Below the pieces are notes generated by a model that worked only from the letters and a program-made list of their open reading frames with translations, did no database searches and was not told where the DNA came from. A stretch of DNA of 64,000 nucleotides from IMG/VR virus record IMGVR_UViG_3300037518_000459. One strand, given 5' to 3'. The position numbers were made by a program, and so were the translations under genes. Shown here in pieces: positions 55,573-64,000 of the stretch. The DNA comes from a virus. The number at the start of each line of letters is the position of its first letter. The first letter of the stretch is position 1.

Positions 55573-56382
55573 CTAGCCCGGGATTCCCTTGGGCCGGCTC
55601 ATCCCCTTCTCTTCGCGCCACTTCGCGTAATCTGCCCAGCTCATCTTGGACGGGTCAGGCTCGCCGGCGCCATTGCCATGCGCGCCCTGGGCGCCGGAAC
55701 CCTTCGAGGGCGGGAACCAGTGCCGCGCCGACTCCTTCTGGCTCTCCAGCCATTCGTCGACGGACATCGGATTCTTACCGTCCTTCCCGAGGACCGCGCC
55801 ATCCTTCTCGTCCCTGATGACCAGGGCGTCACGCTCCTGATCGAAGCTGAACACGCCACGCGCGCGGAGAATCACGTCGGACACCGCGGAGTCGATCACG
55901 CCCATCTTGCCGGAAGCCGCACGAACCGCGGTCTCCAGCATCAGGTCGGTGCGAGCCTTCTCGGCAGCTCCTCGGCCCTTCTTCTCGGCCTCCAGCTGCT
56001 CCATGAGACTCTCCACCTGCTGCTGGTGCTCGGAGCGCATCCGGCCGGTCCGCTTCTCGAACCACTCCTCGTGCTTCCCCTCGGTCAGCAGCTTGCCGAT
56101 CTCGTCCTTCTCCAGCCGGGTCTTCAGCTCCTGCAGAGCCTTGATCCCGTCCGAACCTCCCGCCGCCTCGATGACCGCCTCGATCGCCACCAGCTTCTCC
56201 TTCAGCTGGCGCTTCTCGGCGAGCACCTCGTCACGGTTGGTCCGGAGTCCCGCGTACTCCTGCTCCAGCTCCTTGCGGATCTGGGCGCGCTCCTCTTCCA
56301 CGCTCTTCCTGCCACCGCCACCGCCACCCCCCTGGGGGTCATCCTCGAAGAACGGGGCATTCTCGTTCAGCTTGCGCAACAT
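55573..56382 (-). CDS. Scaffolding protein, 269 aa
   Basis: Highly charged, coiled-coil, with a Gly7 run; SD AAGGAG. Confidence 0.6.
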   Translation of the reverse strand: MLRKLNENAPFFEDDPQGGGGGGGRKSVEEERAQIRKELEQEYAGLRTNRDEVLAEKRQLKEKLVAIEAVIEAAGGSDGIKALQELKTRLEKDEIGKLLTEGKHEEWFEKRTGRMRSEHQQQVESLMEQLEAEKKGRGAAEKARTDLMLETAVRAASGKMGVIDSAVSDVILRARGVFSFDQERDALVIRDEKDGAVLGKDGKNPMSVDEWLESQKESARHWFPPSKGSGAQGAHGNGAGEPDPSKMSWADYAKWREEKGMSRPKGIPG

Positions 56383-56443
56383 CGTCCGTGCTCCTTGCAT
56401 CTGGGCGAAGCGATCCGCTCGGCGGATCTACGTTAACCTTGCC

Positions 56444-57649
56444 TCACAAACCAGCGGCGCGAAACGCTTCTGCGTCGCGAACGCGAAGTTCGGCAAGAGT
56501 GTACCGACGTCCAGTATGATCGACGAATCTATCCAATGTCAAGCCCCCCGTTCGGAAAAGTTTCCCACGGGTTGGGCCGAGGAGGTCGTCCTGGAACACG
56601 GCCGACTTCGTCCGCAGCCAGTCCTCGAAGCGCACCTCCGCCGAGACCTGCCCGATGTTGGCGTCCGCCCAGGCGCGGCGAGCTTGGGCCACGCTGATCC
56701 CGTCCTCGCGGGCCTGACGCCGGAAGTCGATCTCACGCCGGCGCCGGTTGCGGGTGTCCGTCACGAAGGGCCGCTCTCCGACGATCTCCTGGCCCCCGAG
56801 AACGGCGATCGTGACGGATCGGCAGTTGACGTGCGCCGGGGGCCGCGCGCCAGGGGGGTCGAGTCGCAGGGCCCCCTCCGGCAGCTCGTGCCCAGGGAGG
56901 GGGTCGATCCGGCCGTCCCGGTCCTGACAAATCGGCGTAGTCCGCCCGTCCAGCACCGAGACCCACTTCACCCCGGTCACGATGTCCACGTTGGCCTGCC
57001 ACACCTCCTCATGCGTGGCCGCCGCGAAGTGCGTAACTGCCGTCCGCACAACGCTTTCCGCCTGCCGGCGGGTCAAGCCAAGGGCCCCGTCGGAGAACCG
57101 GGCCGCTCGGGTACCCCGCACGCGGGCCACGATGTCGTCGACGGTCTCCCCGTTGACCCAGCCTTGGCGCAGGCTCCGCAGGAGGCGATCCTGATCCGCG
57201 GCCTCCAGGTCAGCGAACCAGTCCCCCATCAGGCGCCCCTGGAAGGGCATCCCCTCGGTGGCCGTCCGGAGGCGCCGGACGGTCGGGGCCACGACCTCGA
57301 TCTCCGCGAGCGCGATGGACCGCTTCAGGGCCGACGCGCTGAAGGCCGCCTCGTCCTCGGCGAACTCCCGCAGCTCCCGCCGCACCTGCTCGCGGTACGC
57401 GGCCCAGGTCTCGGCGCGCTGGTCCCGGATCGTCTTGAGCGCCGCGTCCAGTTGTCGCAGCTGGGCTCGCGTGGCGGTGCGCCCCCCAGGGGGCGCGTCC
57501 TCCATCACCTCCCGGATAAGCGCGAGCAGGTTCCTCTCAGCCTCGTCGAGCACCTGCTGCGCCCGCGAGACCATGCCGGCCTTCAGACGCTCGATGCCCA
57601 CCGCGTGGGTGACGAGGATGTCCTGCAACCGGTCATTCGCCGTCGCCAT
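56444..57649 (-). CDS. MuF-like minor head (head morphogenesis, SPP1 gp7 family) protein, 401 aa
   Basis: VSVLDGRTTPICQ...PAHVNCRSV matches the family signature. Confidence 0.75.
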   Translation of the reverse strand: MATANDRLQDILVTHAVGIERLKAGMVSRAQQVLDEAERNLLALIREVMEDAPPGGRTATRAQLRQLDAALKTIRDQRAETWAAYREQVRRELREFAEDEAAFSASALKRSIALAEIEVVAPTVRRLRTATEGMPFQGRLMGDWFADLEAADQDRLLRSLRQGWVNGETVDDIVARVRGTRAARFSDGALGLTRRQAESVVRTAVTHFAAATHEEVWQANVDIVTGVKWVSVLDGRTTPICQDRDGRIDPLPGHELPEGALRLDPPGARPPAHVNCRSVTIAVLGGQEIVGERPFVTDTRNRRRREIDFRRQAREDGISVAQARRAWADANIGQVSAEVRFEDWLRTKSAVFQDDLLGPTRGKLFRTGGLTLDRFVDHTGRRYTLAELRVRDAEAFRAAGL

Positions 57650-59102
57650 CGTCTTCGTCTTCGTCCGGCGGGACCGCGTCGCGGTTGTCCAGGTTCGGGA
57701 CGCGCGGCGGCGGGAGTTCAGTCGGAATGTCCTCGGACATCAATTCCTTCGTCTTCTCGAACGTGAACTCGGTCGCACCGCCGCGCACCGCGAGCGCGTG
57801 CAGCTCCGCATCGCTGATGGGGAAGCCCGCGTTCTGCGCCTGCGCCCACTCGAACGCTTCCTGCCCGGTCATCGTCGGGGTCGCGAAGTCCAGATCCGGA
57901 CGGAACACGACCAGCTCCGGGTTCTCGCCGAGGGTGACCGCGATCTTGCGTAGAGCCATCTGCAGGGCGTCGCCAGCGTTGATCACCACGTTCTTCAGGG
58001 TGACCTGCTTCGCGTGCTCCCGCTTCGCCAGCGCGCGCCCGGATTCGGGGGCCGCGTCGCCCGGCGACAAGAGTCTCGCGCCCTCCTCCCAGAAGCGAAC
58101 GTATTGGTCGTTGATTGCATCCCGCTGCAGGGGGATCCCCTTGCCGTCGATGTCCAGGTACGCGGCCTTGGCGTCGGTGTTGGGGAAGTTCCAGATGCTC
58201 TGGCCCCCGATCGCCGTGGGGACATCCTCGTCCATCACCCCAGACAGCACGACCTGGGGGTCACTCTTGTTGTACAGCGACCGGTAGTAGTCCGCGGTGA
58301 GCCGGTAGATGCGCAGGGCCCGCTTGGTGAGCGGGGACAGGGGCACCGCCCCGTACTGGAACCCGATGTCCAGCGTGTTCACCGACAGGAAGGGAATCTC
58401 GTCGAAGGTCTTCCCGAAGTAGGTCACCGGCTCCCAGGGCTCCACCTCGACGTATCGCCCATCCCGGTTCTCGACGACACGCGACTGGTACACGCCCTCG
58501 CGCATGCGCAGCTCGCGCCAGAACGTCACTTCCTTCGCCCGGAAGGAATCGTCCTGGGCATCGATCTCGCGGATCTCGCGTAGCACCACGAACTGGATCT
58601 TCTCACCGGTACGCTTCGAGCCCAGGCGCCAGTTCGTGATGTTCTCGACGCTGTACGTGGCGAACCGCAGCAGGTCGTCCTCGCTTCCTACGTCGCACAG
58701 CAACCCGATGCGTCCCCCGCTGAGGATCTCGCGCGTCATCGTGCGCCACAGCACCTGCAGCGACTCGCCATCCACGGTCGAGTCGTCCATCAGGTACTTC
58801 ATCTTCGGCGGCAGCTCCACGCGCGCAGGCTTCGAGTGGATGATACCCTGGAATCCATTGAGCGCCGGCTCCACGATCTCCGGGAACTCGGCGAAGGTCT
58901 GATAGTGCGCGTAGCGCGACGTCCCGACGCGCTTTCCACCCTCCAGGAACTCGCTAACGGAGCCCGCCGGCATCCCGGGGGGTGCCGGGAGGTAGTCGAT
59001 TCCGCGGGACTTCACCGCGCGCTCGCCCGCCAGGGCGTCGCGGTTCATCCGCCAGTCGTCTTCGCGGGCCTTGTATTCGGGGTGCGTGGTGTCGATCGGC
59101 AT
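57633..59102 (-). CDS. Portal protein, 489 aa
   Basis: Size, acidic C-terminus, position directly after the large terminase. Confidence 0.7.
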   Translation of the reverse strand: MPIDTTHPEYKAREDDWRMNRDALAGERAVKSRGIDYLPAPPGMPAGSVSEFLEGGKRVGTSRYAHYQTFAEFPEIVEPALNGFQGIIHSKPARVELPPKMKYLMDDSTVDGESLQVLWRTMTREILSGGRIGLLCDVGSEDDLLRFATYSVENITNWRLGSKRTGEKIQFVVLREIREIDAQDDSFRAKEVTFWRELRMREGVYQSRVVENRDGRYVEVEPWEPVTYFGKTFDEIPFLSVNTLDIGFQYGAVPLSPLTKRALRIYRLTADYYRSLYNKSDPQVVLSGVMDEDVPTAIGGQSIWNFPNTDAKAAYLDIDGKGIPLQRDAINDQYVRFWEEGARLLSPGDAAPESGRALAKREHAKQVTLKNVVINAGDALQMALRKIAVTLGENPELVVFRPDLDFATPTMTGQEAFEWAQAQNAGFPISDAELHALAVRGGATEFTFEKTKELMSEDIPTELPPPRVPNLDNRDAVPPDEDEDDGDGE

Positions 59103-59105
59103 GGC

Positions 59106-60596
59106 CTATCTTCCTTGGAAGGGCTTCACGCCCATGCGTGACGGGCGCGTGAAAAGCCGGTAACGGACCTCGTCCCCGACGTGGTCCTCGCTCTCTGTGT
59201 CAACGTCGTCGATCTTGCGACTGTCCCGAGACAGGCTGGGCACCGTCCGGAAGAACTGCTCGCAACAGTCGAACACGAAGAAGCCCGGCTCCTCGCGTGA
59301 GCCCTGCTTGGCCACCCGTAGCATATCACGGATCCGCTGCCAACCCAACTCCCGGGTGCCGGGGCCCTTGCTGGCCCTGACCCAGTAGACCCCGAACTTC
59401 GCCATGATCTGCGCCACGGACTCGTCCTGGTCCGTCGCCCAAATCTGGGAATCAGCGGGTCCCGGGCGGATCTTGCGCTCCCCGAAGATGCGCTTCTCAC
59501 GCTCCCGGATCCCCTCGGCCACCTGGGACGCCGTCATGCGGCAGCCCTCGTCCACGTTCCCGGTCCACCCGTACCACTCCGCGATGCGGAAGACGTCCCC
59601 CCGCCGCGTCGGCCCGAAGCCCGGAACGTCGCACCCATCGGACTGCGCGTACCAGCCGACGGAGAAGGGCCGCGACGACCCCCAGTCGAACGCGCGGTCG
59701 ATGATCCACGTGTCCGGGATCGGGAAGGGCGTGATGAAGTGCACGCCCTTGTCCCAGATGTCGTCGAACATCCCGCCGGCGATGATGTCCCAGTCGCCGT
59801 GCAGCCACGCGCGCTCCATGCTCTCGCTGGTCGCGGACTGCCGCAGGCGGGACTTGTACCCGGGGTCAGCGTGCAGGAGGACCCTGTTCTCCTCCAGGTA
59901 GCCGTGGATGGCGACCCGCTCGTTGGTGCCCCCATCTTCGTCCGTCTCGCGGATGACGCGCCCGACGACCTTGCCCCGTTCGATCGGGAGGTGGAACCGC
60001 GAGCGCACCCAGTTGTGTCCGCGGCCGAACGGGTTCGTCGTCGATCGATACTTGCGTGGCATGCCGGGCGTGGTAGACCGGCACACGGACATCATCATCA
60101 GGTAGCACTTGTCGTCGGGCCACGTCGTCAGCTCTTCCCACGCGATCCACGGATAGGCATGGCCGTGGTAGTCCCAGTAGCCGTCGACGTTCTTGATGTT
60201 CCGGAAGTAGAGCTTCTCGCCGTCCGGGAACGTCCACTCGGGGTTCGGGGAGCTGGTGAAGCGCGCCTTCGGGAAGAGGAGCGGGAACCACTTCAACGAC
60301 TTCTGGATGACGTCTTCCAGCTCGGGGTACGTCCGCCGGAAGAGGATGCCCTTCCACTCCGCGCCCCAGCCCTGCCCCACGTGCTGCGCGAAGTCCATCA
60401 GCAGCGCGTCGGTTTTGCCGGGCCCGCGCGTACCCTCGTACAGCACCTCGAAAACCGGGCACTCCAGGAATGCTTCCTGGCTGCCCGGCTGAGGCGCCCA
60501 CGTCACGCGGCGGCGGTCCTCGTTCGCTTCGATCAGGAACGGGGAGAGCTGGTTTTCCTCGTCGACTTCCCAGACGAGGGTGGGGGCGAGGCTCAC
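59106..60596 (-). CDS. Terminase large subunit, 496 aa
   Basis: N-terminal ATPase (GTRGPGKT) and C-terminal nuclease-like region; upstream of the portal. Confidence 0.8.
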   Translation of the reverse strand: MSLAPTLVWEVDEENQLSPFLIEANEDRRRVTWAPQPGSQEAFLECPVFEVLYEGTRGPGKTDALLMDFAQHVGQGWGAEWKGILFRRTYPELEDVIQKSLKWFPLLFPKARFTSSPNPEWTFPDGEKLYFRNIKNVDGYWDYHGHAYPWIAWEELTTWPDDKCYLMMMSVCRSTTPGMPRKYRSTTNPFGRGHNWVRSRFHLPIERGKVVGRVIRETDEDGGTNERVAIHGYLEENRVLLHADPGYKSRLRQSATSESMERAWLHGDWDIIAGGMFDDIWDKGVHFITPFPIPDTWIIDRAFDWGSSRPFSVGWYAQSDGCDVPGFGPTRRGDVFRIAEWYGWTGNVDEGCRMTASQVAEGIREREKRIFGERKIRPGPADSQIWATDQDESVAQIMAKFGVYWVRASKGPGTRELGWQRIRDMLRVAKQGSREEPGFFVFDCCEQFFRTVPSLSRDSRKIDDVDTESEDHVGDEVRYRLFTRPSRMGVKPFQGR

Positions 60597-60632
60597 TTGA
60601 TCGCTTCTGGCGCGGCCCCTGGCCGGCGCCGG

Positions 60633-61361
60633 CTAGAATACCTTGGGGTCCGGGCTCAGGTCTACACCGTGGGGTTTCGTCCACCAGTAGAACCACTTCC
60701 GCTGCGGAGGGTTGTCCATCCAGGTCGTGTCGGGCTCCGGGAGCCGCAGCGCCGCGACGACGTCGCGCGGCTCGCCGAGCACCACGCTACTGAGCGTGCC
60801 CTTCTTCGTCACCCACCACATGCGGCCGGCCTTGGCGACTTCCTCCGTCAGCAGCCGCTGGATGCGCGCGTCCTGCGCGACGTACTCCAGGACCTTTTCG
60901 CGCTCGCCCGAGGCCCACAGCTCAGGTGCGCCGGCACCAGTAACGCCCTCGGTCTTGCCCTCGATGTCCATCCCCTCGCACGCCTTCGCGAGGCTGCAGC
61001 GGAAACCCTTCGCGCACACGAAATGGAACATCAGGTCCACGTGGTGCTCGCTCGCGGCGATCACCGCGATGCGCTTCGCGACGTCGACCTCCGCCTCCTC
61101 GGCCAGGATGTCGAAGTCGAACGCGAGCCCGTTCCACGTGGCGATCGTGTAACCCTTCCCGATCAGCTCCTCCAGCTGATCGACCACCGCGCGCACCTCC
61201 GCCGGCGTCATCTGGCCGGAGGCCGCCGCGATGGTGCGCTTGAAGTCCTCGGCGTCGAACGCGACGCACGTCACGCCCAAGGGGCGCTCGTCCCGTAGGT
61301 TCGCCCCCTCCGGGATCACCTTCGCCGTCTCGATGTCGAATCCGACGTACTTGCGGCTCAT
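60633..61361 (-). CDS. DEDD (DnaQ-like) 3'-5' exonuclease, 242 aa
   Basis: Exo I VGFDIETA, Exo II WNGLAFDFD and Exo III HHVDLM. Confidence 0.65.
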   Translation of the reverse strand: MSRKYVGFDIETAKVIPEGANLRDERPLGVTCVAFDAEDFKRTIAAASGQMTPAEVRAVVDQLEELIGKGYTIATWNGLAFDFDILAEEAEVDVAKRIAVIAASEHHVDLMFHFVCAKGFRCSLAKACEGMDIEGKTEGVTGAGAPELWASGEREKVLEYVAQDARIQRLLTEEVAKAGRMWWVTKKGTLSSVVLGEPRDVVAALRLPEPDTTWMDNPPQRKWFYWWTKPHGVDLSPDPKVF

Positions 61362-61867
61362 CTCTCGCGACCCTCCATGAACTCCTCGATGGTCGGGAGC
61401 GTGATGAACTCGCCGATGTAGTCGATCTCGTCGAAGCCGAAGACGCCCACCACGACGCCGACGAGGTTCCCGTCCTTGTCCAGCACCGCGCCGCCGGACA
61501 TGCCGGCCAGGATCATGGCATCCGTCCAGCCCATCTTGGCGTTGGACGCGATGCCCCTCGTCACAACCGGCTCCTCCTCGAAGTACGCGTGCACCTGCAC
61601 CGCGTCGCCCGACACGAGGGTGCGCACGCTCCACGGAGTGGGCTCCCCGGTCAGCTCGTCCACGCGGATCAGGGCGAGATCCAGGTCCTCGTCGTAGGCG
61701 AGCACCTCGCACTCGACCCCTTCGTCCAGGACATGGGCGCAGGTCAGGATGTCGCCGCCGTCGACGACCACGCCGGAGCCGACGAACTCACCATCGGCGT
61801 GCAACGGGACGACGCCCGCGGCGGCCGGCGCGGCGAGCACCAGCAGGGACAGCAGGATGCGCCTCAT
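61358..61867 (-). CDS. Secreted trypsin-like (S1) serine protease, 169 aa
   Basis: Signal peptide MRRILLSLLVLAAPAAAG; catalytic triad TCAHV, DLALIRV and GMSGGAV; SD AGGAGG. Confidence 0.65.
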   Translation of the reverse strand: MRRILLSLLVLAAPAAAGVVPLHADGEFVGSGVVVDGGDILTCAHVLDEGVECEVLAYDEDLDLALIRVDELTGEPTPWSVRTLVSGDAVQVHAYFEEEPVVTRGIASNAKMGWTDAMILAGMSGGAVLDKDGNLVGVVVGVFGFDEIDYIGEFITLPTIEEFMEGRER

Positions 61868-62265
61868 GCCCGAGCCTCCTGGTTCTTGATCTCGCACTTC
61901 GCGCAGCGGAGCACGGCCCCCACGGGCACCGCGTCCGCCGGAATCGCGCGGGACATGAACTCGTGGCAGTCCATGCACTGCAGCCGAGCGTAGGTGATCG
62001 CCGCCGGCCGCATCCAGAAGCCGGCGCCCTCGTGCGCCCGGATGCTCATGCCGAGGATCTGGCGCTTCGGGTCGTCGGCCTCCAGGTTGTCCGGGTTCGG
62101 CCACACGATACCGGCCTGATGCAGGAACAGGTCGTTGGACAGGTCCATCGACGTCGGCTTCCCAAGCTCGACCCACGCCGCGACAATCTCCTCTGCGGTC
62201 GGCGCGTTCTCGAACCGGTGGAACTTCTCGATGGGCCCCTGGCAGATCGGGCAGTGGAGGCTCAT
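61864..62265 (-). CDS. Zinc-binding (CxxC...CxxC) hypothetical protein, 133 aa
   Basis: ORF track. Confidence 0.5.
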   Translation of the reverse strand: MSLHCPICQGPIEKFHRFENAPTAEEIVAAWVELGKPTSMDLSNDLFLHQAGIVWPNPDNLEADDPKRQILGMSIRAHEGAGFWMRPAAITYARLQCMDCHEFMSRAIPADAVPVGAVLRCAKCEIKNQEARA

Positions 62266-62861
62266 ACCCGGAACTCCCCTTCCAGGGGCAACGTGTAGGT
62301 CTGCCCGAGGATACCGAAGCCGTCGTCGCCGTCGGCCTGCGGAAGGGCAACGGGCACGTAGCCGGCCGGCGCGGCGCCGCTCAGGCGACCCCCGCCCGGC
62401 ATGTCGAGGGCGTTCTGCGCGTAGCCCTGGATGTCAAGCCAGTTGTCCGCCTTGAGCGCGTTGGCCGCACGCGACAGCTTCTGGCAGATGTTGAACGCGA
62501 CGACGTCCTCGGCGTCGAACAGCTGCAGCGGCGTTCCCGAGCCGTACTTGCGCGCGACCCAGGTTGCGAAGAAGTCCGCGGTCGCGCCGTGATTGTCCTC
62601 CGGCGCGCCGTACACGGATCCGCGCTCGGCGACGAGGGCCTGGGGGCTAGCGGGAACGAGCGGCTGGGGCCACAACCACTGCTCCACGAGATTGGCGTCG
62701 AGGGAAGCGAAGAGCAGCTCCTTGCCCTTGTACACGTGGTACTCCTCCGGAGAAGCGAACATGCGCCCATCCGGGGCGATGTGGGCTGCCTCACGGCGCA
62801 CTTCCAGAGCAAGGCCCCGCTCCGCGGCCAGCTTGCTCAGCATTTCGAGGGTCTCTTCCAT
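62262..62861 (-). CDS. Hypothetical protein, 199 aa
   Basis: ORF track. Confidence 0.55.
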   Translation of the reverse strand: MEETLEMLSKLAAERGLALEVRREAAHIAPDGRMFASPEEYHVYKGKELLFASLDANLVEQWLWPQPLVPASPQALVAERGSVYGAPEDNHGATADFFATWVARKYGSGTPLQLFDAEDVVAFNICQKLSRAANALKADNWLDIQGYAQNALDMPGGGRLSGAAPAGYVPVALPQADGDDGFGILGQTYTLPLEGEFRV

Positions 62862-62926
62862 TCCGCGTCCTCCTGGACGTAGGTGTGAGTTGCTCGCCTC
62901 AGTCTATCCGGGGCGCGCACATTTTG

Positions 62927-63172
62927 TCAACTGGCCAGCTGCAGGTACTCCACGCGCGGCCAGTAGAGCTTGCGCCGCTTGCCGATCTGGATCAGGTACG
63001 ACTCGTGGGGCCGCGGGCGCCCGTCGTTGCCGAAGTTGAATCCCTCCGGGATGAAATCCTGCGGCTTCTGGGCCGCGGGAACCACGGCTACCACCTTGCC
63101 GAGCTTCTCCTTCCGGAAGCCACCCGACTGGCTCGTCCACTTGACCTCGTCACCCACCTTGAACGCCAGCAT
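62927..63172 (-). CDS. Hypothetical protein, 81 aa
   Basis: Internal M with SD GAGGAGAAGGG. Confidence 0.5.
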   Translation of the reverse strand: MLAFKVGDEVKWTSQSGGFRKEKLGKVVAVVPAAQKPQDFIPEGFNFGNDGRPRPHESYLIQIGKRRKLYWPRVEYLQLAS

Positions 63173-63225
63173 TCCCTTCTCCTCTCTGGTTGTTCGCCAA
63201 GGACTGCGCGTACTGCCGCAACGCC

Positions 63226-63921
63226 TCAAGCGTCAGGGGCTTGCTCACCGGCATCCTCGCCGGCCACTGCGCCATCGTCTCCTTGATCAGCTGCTCCACT
63301 GCTCTCATCGATCACCTCGTGCTCTGCGTCGACCGGGGCCCCGAACTTCTCTTCCCAGCTCTCGGAGCTAGAGCCCGGCGCGTTCACCACCAGCACCCCG
63401 CCAGACGCGTTGTTCGCGATGATGTCGCCCTTCTCGCGGAACTCCGGCATGCGGGACTTCGCGTAGGCGAGGAGCATCGCGTCGGACATCTTGCGCACGC
63501 GCTTCGTCAGGACCATCTCCTTCGAGAGTCCGCCGCCGGACTTGAGCGTCTTGGCCTGATGGACCATCATGGCCTCCCACGTCTCCTCAACCTGCCCGTT
63601 CTCCGCGCGGTCCAGGATCAGCGCGCGGACCATGTCGTTGTGCAGCTCCAGCGCCGCCTCCTCGGCCCGCGCGAACTGCTTGTCGACCGACCGCAAGCGG
63701 CGCATCGTCTCGTACGAGACCCCCGCCACCAGCGCCGCCTCCCCGCGGCGTCCACACCGAATCAGGTACCGCAGGTACAGGACCTGCCGTTCCGGCGTGA
63801 ACCGCACGTACGGCTTGCGCTCCGAGTCGACGCCCAGGAAGTCGACCAGGGCCTCCTCGCCCAGGGACTCGACCAGGGCGCGCGGGTTCGGTTGCTGCGG
63901 GGCGGGGAGGTTGTCACTCAT
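63226..63921 (-). CDS. HTH-containing terminase small subunit-like protein, 231 aa
   Basis: N-terminal HTH (GEAALVAGVSYETMRRLR), acidic C-terminus, upstream of the packaging genes but separated from TerL by 5 genes. Confidence 0.45.
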   Translation of the reverse strand: MSDNLPAPQQPNPRALVESLGEEALVDFLGVDSERKPYVRFTPERQVLYLRYLIRCGRRGEAALVAGVSYETMRRLRSVDKQFARAEEAALELHNDMVRALILDRAENGQVEETWEAMMVHQAKTLKSGGGLSKEMVLTKRVRKMSDAMLLAYAKSRMPEFREKGDIIANNASGGVLVVNAPGSSSESWEEKFGAPVDAEHEVIDESSGAADQGDDGAVAGEDAGEQAPDA

Positions 63922-64000
63922 ACGCCCCACCCGATGTGCACGAGGAGCCACGCGAGGAAGCCGGTGATTGCCACGCGGCGCAGGCGCCACGCTTTGTTCT

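Noticed and set aside
1-64000. Dozens of long plus-strand ORFs mirrored on real minus-strand genes, for example 4203..5510, 15493..16656, 35669..38695 and 46425..48365
   Set aside because: These are typical high-GC antisense artefacts: Arg/Pro/Gly-rich, lacking SDs, and overlapping well-supported genes.
1-64000. Assumption of an actinobacteriophage, based on high GC, GTG/TTG starts and the SAS resemblance to mycobacteriophage start-associated sequences
   Set aside because: Four sigma54 -24/-12-like promoters and GTA/alphaproteobacterial-type tail-tip genes argue for a Gram-negative high-GC host. The host remains undetermined.

Overview
This 64 kb window is about 68% GC and is almost entirely a tailed-phage or prophage genome. 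Roughly 80 genes sit on the minus strand, giving leftward transcription from about 64000 towards 700. One three-gene cassette lies on the plus strand at 31.7-32.7 kb.

From right to left the modules are:
- DNA packaging and head, 63.9-46 kb: a TerS-like HTH protein, a DEDD exonuclease, a secreted S1 protease, TerL, portal, MuF-like protein, scaffold, major capsid, then decoration and fibre-like genes and the connectors.
- Tail, 48-35 kb: major tail protein, a G/GT chaperone pair with a -1 frameshift at GGGAAAC, tape measure, two paralogous tail proteins, and a GTA-like tip (Dit-like, BR0599/DUF2163-like, J-like host-specificity protein).
- An HTH-metallophosphoesterase fusion and a low-GC HNH endonuclease at 33-35 kb.
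- A long replication and nucleic-acid-metabolism module at 31-5 kb: SNF2 helicase, Dda/RecD-like helicase, family A DNA polymerase, VRR-NUC, HD phosphohydrolase, D5-like primase-helicase, RtcB RNA ligase, SbcC-like ATPase, SLT-like transglycosylase, SPFH protein, BCS1-like AAA+ ATPase, metallophosphoesterase, and many small or Cys-rich ORFs.
- A left module at 0.7-3.8 kb of small, mostly membrane, ORFs.

No rRNA gene, CRISPR array, integrase or transposase was recognised, and tRNAs were not assessable by eye.

The most notable regulatory signals are:
- Four copies of a motif that exactly matches the sigma54 -24/-12 consensus (TGGCACG-N4-nTGC). Each is oriented with the downstream genes and each has dyad or repeat elements 50-150 bp upstream that resemble enhancers.
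- A start-associated sequence, (CCCCTGA)..GGAGCCTA, immediately 5' of five start codons in the left module.
- Iteron-like tandem repeats at 4061-4146, and hairpin and tandem repeats at 1-260.

Coordinates for starts other than those in the ORF track may be off by a few nucleotides. Functions are inferred from motifs read by eye, not from database searches.
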